From contig NW_024704743.1 in NCBI RefSeq assembly GCF_018977255.1, forward strand, positions 47,928,001 to 47,992,000: a stretch of 64,000 nucleotides of DNA, in the 5' to 3' direction. The number at the start of each line of letters is the position of its first letter. Positions within the stretch are counted from its first letter, which is position 1. The notes below the pieces were generated by a model, which searched no databases, was not told where the DNA came from, and saw only the letters and a list, made by a program, of their open reading frames with translations. The position numbers were made by a program, and so were the translations under genes. Source of the DNA: Callorhinchus milii. Its lineage: Eukaryota. This document shows, in pieces, positions 60,594 through 64,000 of this stretch.

Positions 60594-61365
60594 ACAACAA
60601 CAACAAATTTGTATAGCGCCTTGCACATCGGGAGGACGTCCCAAGCCACTGGGCAGTCAAGGATTTGGACCCAGCTTGGGGTTGGTGGAGAGCAGGAAGG
60701 GTAGGGGTAGGAGAATGACTGAAGGCATGGTCAAAGAGGAGGGTCTTGAGATAATGCCTTGAAAGAGGCAAGAGAGAGGACAAGGTGAAGTCACTGTAGG
60801 TTGTAGTTTCAAACGATGGGGGCAGGAATGCTGAAGACCCGACTACCAATGATGGCGTTGCCCAGGCTGGGCACATGGATCATCCTGGACCCAATGAGCA
60901 GAGTGAGTGGACAGGTCTGTATGGAGTTAGCAGGTCACAGAGGTAGGGAGGAGCAAGACTGTGGATGTCTTGAAGGCAAGGATGAGCATCACCATTCATA
61001 GATGCACTCTACTCCTCACTGAGCCGGTACGGAACCTTGGCTTCTTGTTTGACCCTCAACTGTTCTTTAAACCCCACATCCATGCCATGACTCATTTCTA
61101 TCGTCTGGGGGATGGGGAGCAAATGGAACCGGGTGAAAATGGGGGTCACAGCGCCTGGTGCAGGAATGGACACAAGCAGCAGAGTTGACCAGGAGCCAAT
61201 CAGGAGGGCCTCGGTCTTTTTGACATTTAACTGTAGAAAGTTAGCTCTCATCCAGGACTTGATGTTGGATAGGACAGCAGTGGTCTTGGAGTCGAGGATG
61301 GAAATAGAGAGTTGGGGTCATCCGCATGCATGTGGAAGTTGTCTGTGGATGATGACACCAAGGGG
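60594..61365 (-). mobile_element. L2 LINE with an internally inverted segment (~60984-61095 on +)
   Basis: Minus tail at 60594, plus-strand SITIHRCTLLLTEPVRNLGFLFDPQL, then minus-strand [20 protein letters not shown] and FHMHADD. Confidence 0.9.
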
Positions 61366-63684
61366 AATAAAATAAAATATAGAACATTGGAACTTACGAA
61401 ATAATTTAATTGAAAGGCGATTTCATTCAAGCCCATTTCTTCAAATGGACCATACTCATTTCTCAATTTATTTAACCTTTAGACTGAAGACAATTCACAA
61501 TATTTAATTCCCTGGTTAGATTTTGGAAAGATTTCACAAGTGCATTTCCCTCAAACCATCTGTAAGTCTCAATATCTTGAGGGAGGTGAATGAACCCCCA
61601 AATAGAATGCTCAGTCAAGGAAAAGTATGACATTCCTTCCTAGTTTGTATTTTAATTTGAAATTATACCTGAGATTAAATTCTAGGATTCCAGTTTGACG
61701 TTGCATCGTCAATATTCAATCTAGATTGTTTTTAGTCCATGGAACACATTCATAGTAAACAGAAGTCTCAGTGTTTTTTTGAGTATTTGACAAGTTATGT
61801 TTAAATGTGCATTTTCTTCTGTTCAGAATTACTTAACCATTAACACTATTGATCCCAGATTGGAAGAAGTAATGACCACTTTCTGACTCCCCACTGTATA
61901 TACTACGAGTGAGAAATACTAATAACAGGGCACATAATCCTCTAATGAGGGCATTATACTCACATTTAATTTAAAATGTCCATTGATTTACTTTATTTAG
62001 AGGTAACCCTAAGTACCAATGTTTAACTTTTGAAAAGCATAACAGGAATGGTGCTTTGAGATACTTAACTTATCAAAACAATGACAGTACTCAACTTTTA
62101 AATATTTAAGTGGCCTAAGTACTGGTACTTAATGTTTCAACATCTTAATGAAACATTGCTCAACGGATAAAGTTTTCCTGAGGGAAATATTCAAGAAACA
62201 CTTGGTTACAGAAAAATCATTCTAAAATAAGTTTCCTGTGTTGTTACTACAATTTTCTGGACATTTTAATTACACTGGTAAATTAAAGGAAACAATGCTT
62301 TTTTTCAGAGATCCGTGAGTGCTCCAGTCAATCTGCAGAGTTCAACACCAAAAGATAATAACATACACTTCCTTTTGTTTAAGCAGAGTTCAAAACGTTT
62401 CCTTATGTATATATGTACGTTTTGATAACCATTAACCAAAAACTAAAAAGGTTATTAGTGTGTGCAATAAATTTGATACTATGTTTAAATGCCATGAATA
62501 AATTAAAACCATTAGTATGTACAACCCTGTAGGGAACCCTTTAACATTCTTCAGAAAAGAGGGAACAGAGTAGTTCCCTTGGGTCAGTATGACACATTTC
62601 TGGATACCAGCAGGATTCCTTATTTGTGACTTACAGAGTCTAGAGTAATGAATTTCATCAAGAAACATTGTATGTTAGAACAATATCCCAAATAAAGTTA
62701 TGCACTTTAATTGTGTGAATATCGAATAAATCTGGTAATGTGAATTGTGTCACAATCTAATTTAATCGTGACTTGAAAGTGGTTGGGCTAGTGTTGCAGT
62801 GGGTCAATGGAGTGAATGCAATGCCATGTAACAGTAGGATTCATTTTAAGCCTCAGTGCTTTACTGCTACAGAAATTCTTGGTACTATCCAGGGGTGAAG
62901 GTATGTTTCTTTGGCAGAGGATAAAACAATCAAAATGCTTGTCTATCACTCTTGAACACATCCCATCCCAGGCATGTTGCCAGAAGCCTAGGGACAAGCT
63001 GACCCGGCCATCTTCATGATTGAAAGTGTTACATAACATGGGGATGATGAAAATAGCTCAATAACTGGGGAAATAAATATAGCGTAATGCTGTACTGCAG
63101 ATATCTGTCAGCAAGTTACAAGAGAGTACTTCAGTGGACTGTTCTTATGATGCTTATAAACTGTTACAGCAAAGCTCTTACGGTTTATGAATGTCTGGAG
63201 ATTGCCAAAGATTACAATACTACCTTCAAGTTACTGTCATACATTTCTGTCATTCTTTCATAACTCTATCATAAATTGAGTACAATAGAGATAGAGTTTT
63301 CAGGTAATGTGATAAAGATAATAGCAATACAGAAGCACAAGCTACTGTGAACACCATTGCATAACTGATTCTGCGATAATACCATATTAGAAGACACTTT
63401 GGTATATCATATACTGAATGTTATTCAAAACTAGCTCACTGGTATATATTTGGTATACATTCCAAATTAACACAGATAGGATGGTTATACAATACAGTAC
63501 AATTTACATAGTTCTGAAAGAATCTGGGATTGCCATGTAGGAGAAACAAAGAGAAAATATTGAACTACAGTGTTTAATTGATCCTTTCAAGGGATTATTG
63601 GCACATATCTTAGGCCAACATTTTAAAACTGACAGAGTAGTAAAGCATGATTTTACCCTGCGTGTTCTACATTTTCACAGCATT

Positions 63685-63925
63685 GCATCTGCCCACCATT
63701 GGCGGGCAAGCCTTCAGGCAAGCTGCCCCTGCTCTATGGAAACCCATCCCGAAGTACTTCTGTCTTGCTCCATCCCTTCCCCAATTCCCCAGTGTCAAGA
63801 CATACCTCTTTGACTGCGCTTTTGGTCCCACCCCCAGCTCAGGTGCCCAGTCAGTAGCATCAAGTACTTTGCGACGTCCACCCCAGACATGAAAGGTACG
63901 ATATAAATGTAAAATGTTATTGTAT
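63685..63925 (+). mobile_element. L2 3' end
   Basis: cccaccattggcgggcaagccttcag..gacatacctctttgact..tgaaaggtacgatataaatgtaa. Confidence 0.8.
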
Positions 63926-64000
63926 GTATCCTGGCATAACTATCAGGCAAGCTGTAGTTCCCATTGTACAATAATTAAATACTGTAATAATAGCCCTTGC

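Noticed and set aside
62797..62830. GQWSECNAM resembling a thrombospondin type-1 motif
   Set aside because: An in-frame stop follows immediately, with no supporting donor or neighbouring exons.
1..64000. CRISPR array, operon or prokaryotic defence system
   Set aside because: No regularly spaced repeat-spacer array or dense coding structure. The recurring motifs are dispersed SINE/LINE copies.

Overview
Eukaryotic, AT-rich vertebrate DNA. The repeat content points to a cartilaginous fish, probably a chimaera/elephant-shark relative (inference). No prokaryotic genes, CRISPR arrays, rRNA or confidently identifiable protein-coding gene are present. Nearly all long ORFs in the track are fragments or shadows of non-LTR retrotransposons. 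The window holds: (1) many 5'-truncated L2-clade LINEs with (TTG)n tails; (2) decayed CR1 LINEs with (ATTCTATG)-type tails; (3) a young tRNA-Ala-headed SINE with a Deu-like central domain and an L2-type 3' stem-loop, in long and short forms; (4) an older SacSINE-like Deu SINE and a third old SINE-like family; (5) an unclassified ~500-bp interspersed repeat in at least 5 copies, two of which carry different L2 3' ends inserted at essentially the same site. Unique sequence contains a few weak exon candidates, several hairpins and TAAT-rich blocks that may be conserved non-coding elements. I found no convincing novel multi-gene system. The best leads are the unclassified repeat with its recurrent L2 insertion site, a pre-miRNA/MITE-like hairpin at 21.7 kb, and several unusual rearrangements. 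All alignments were done by eye and boundaries are approximate.
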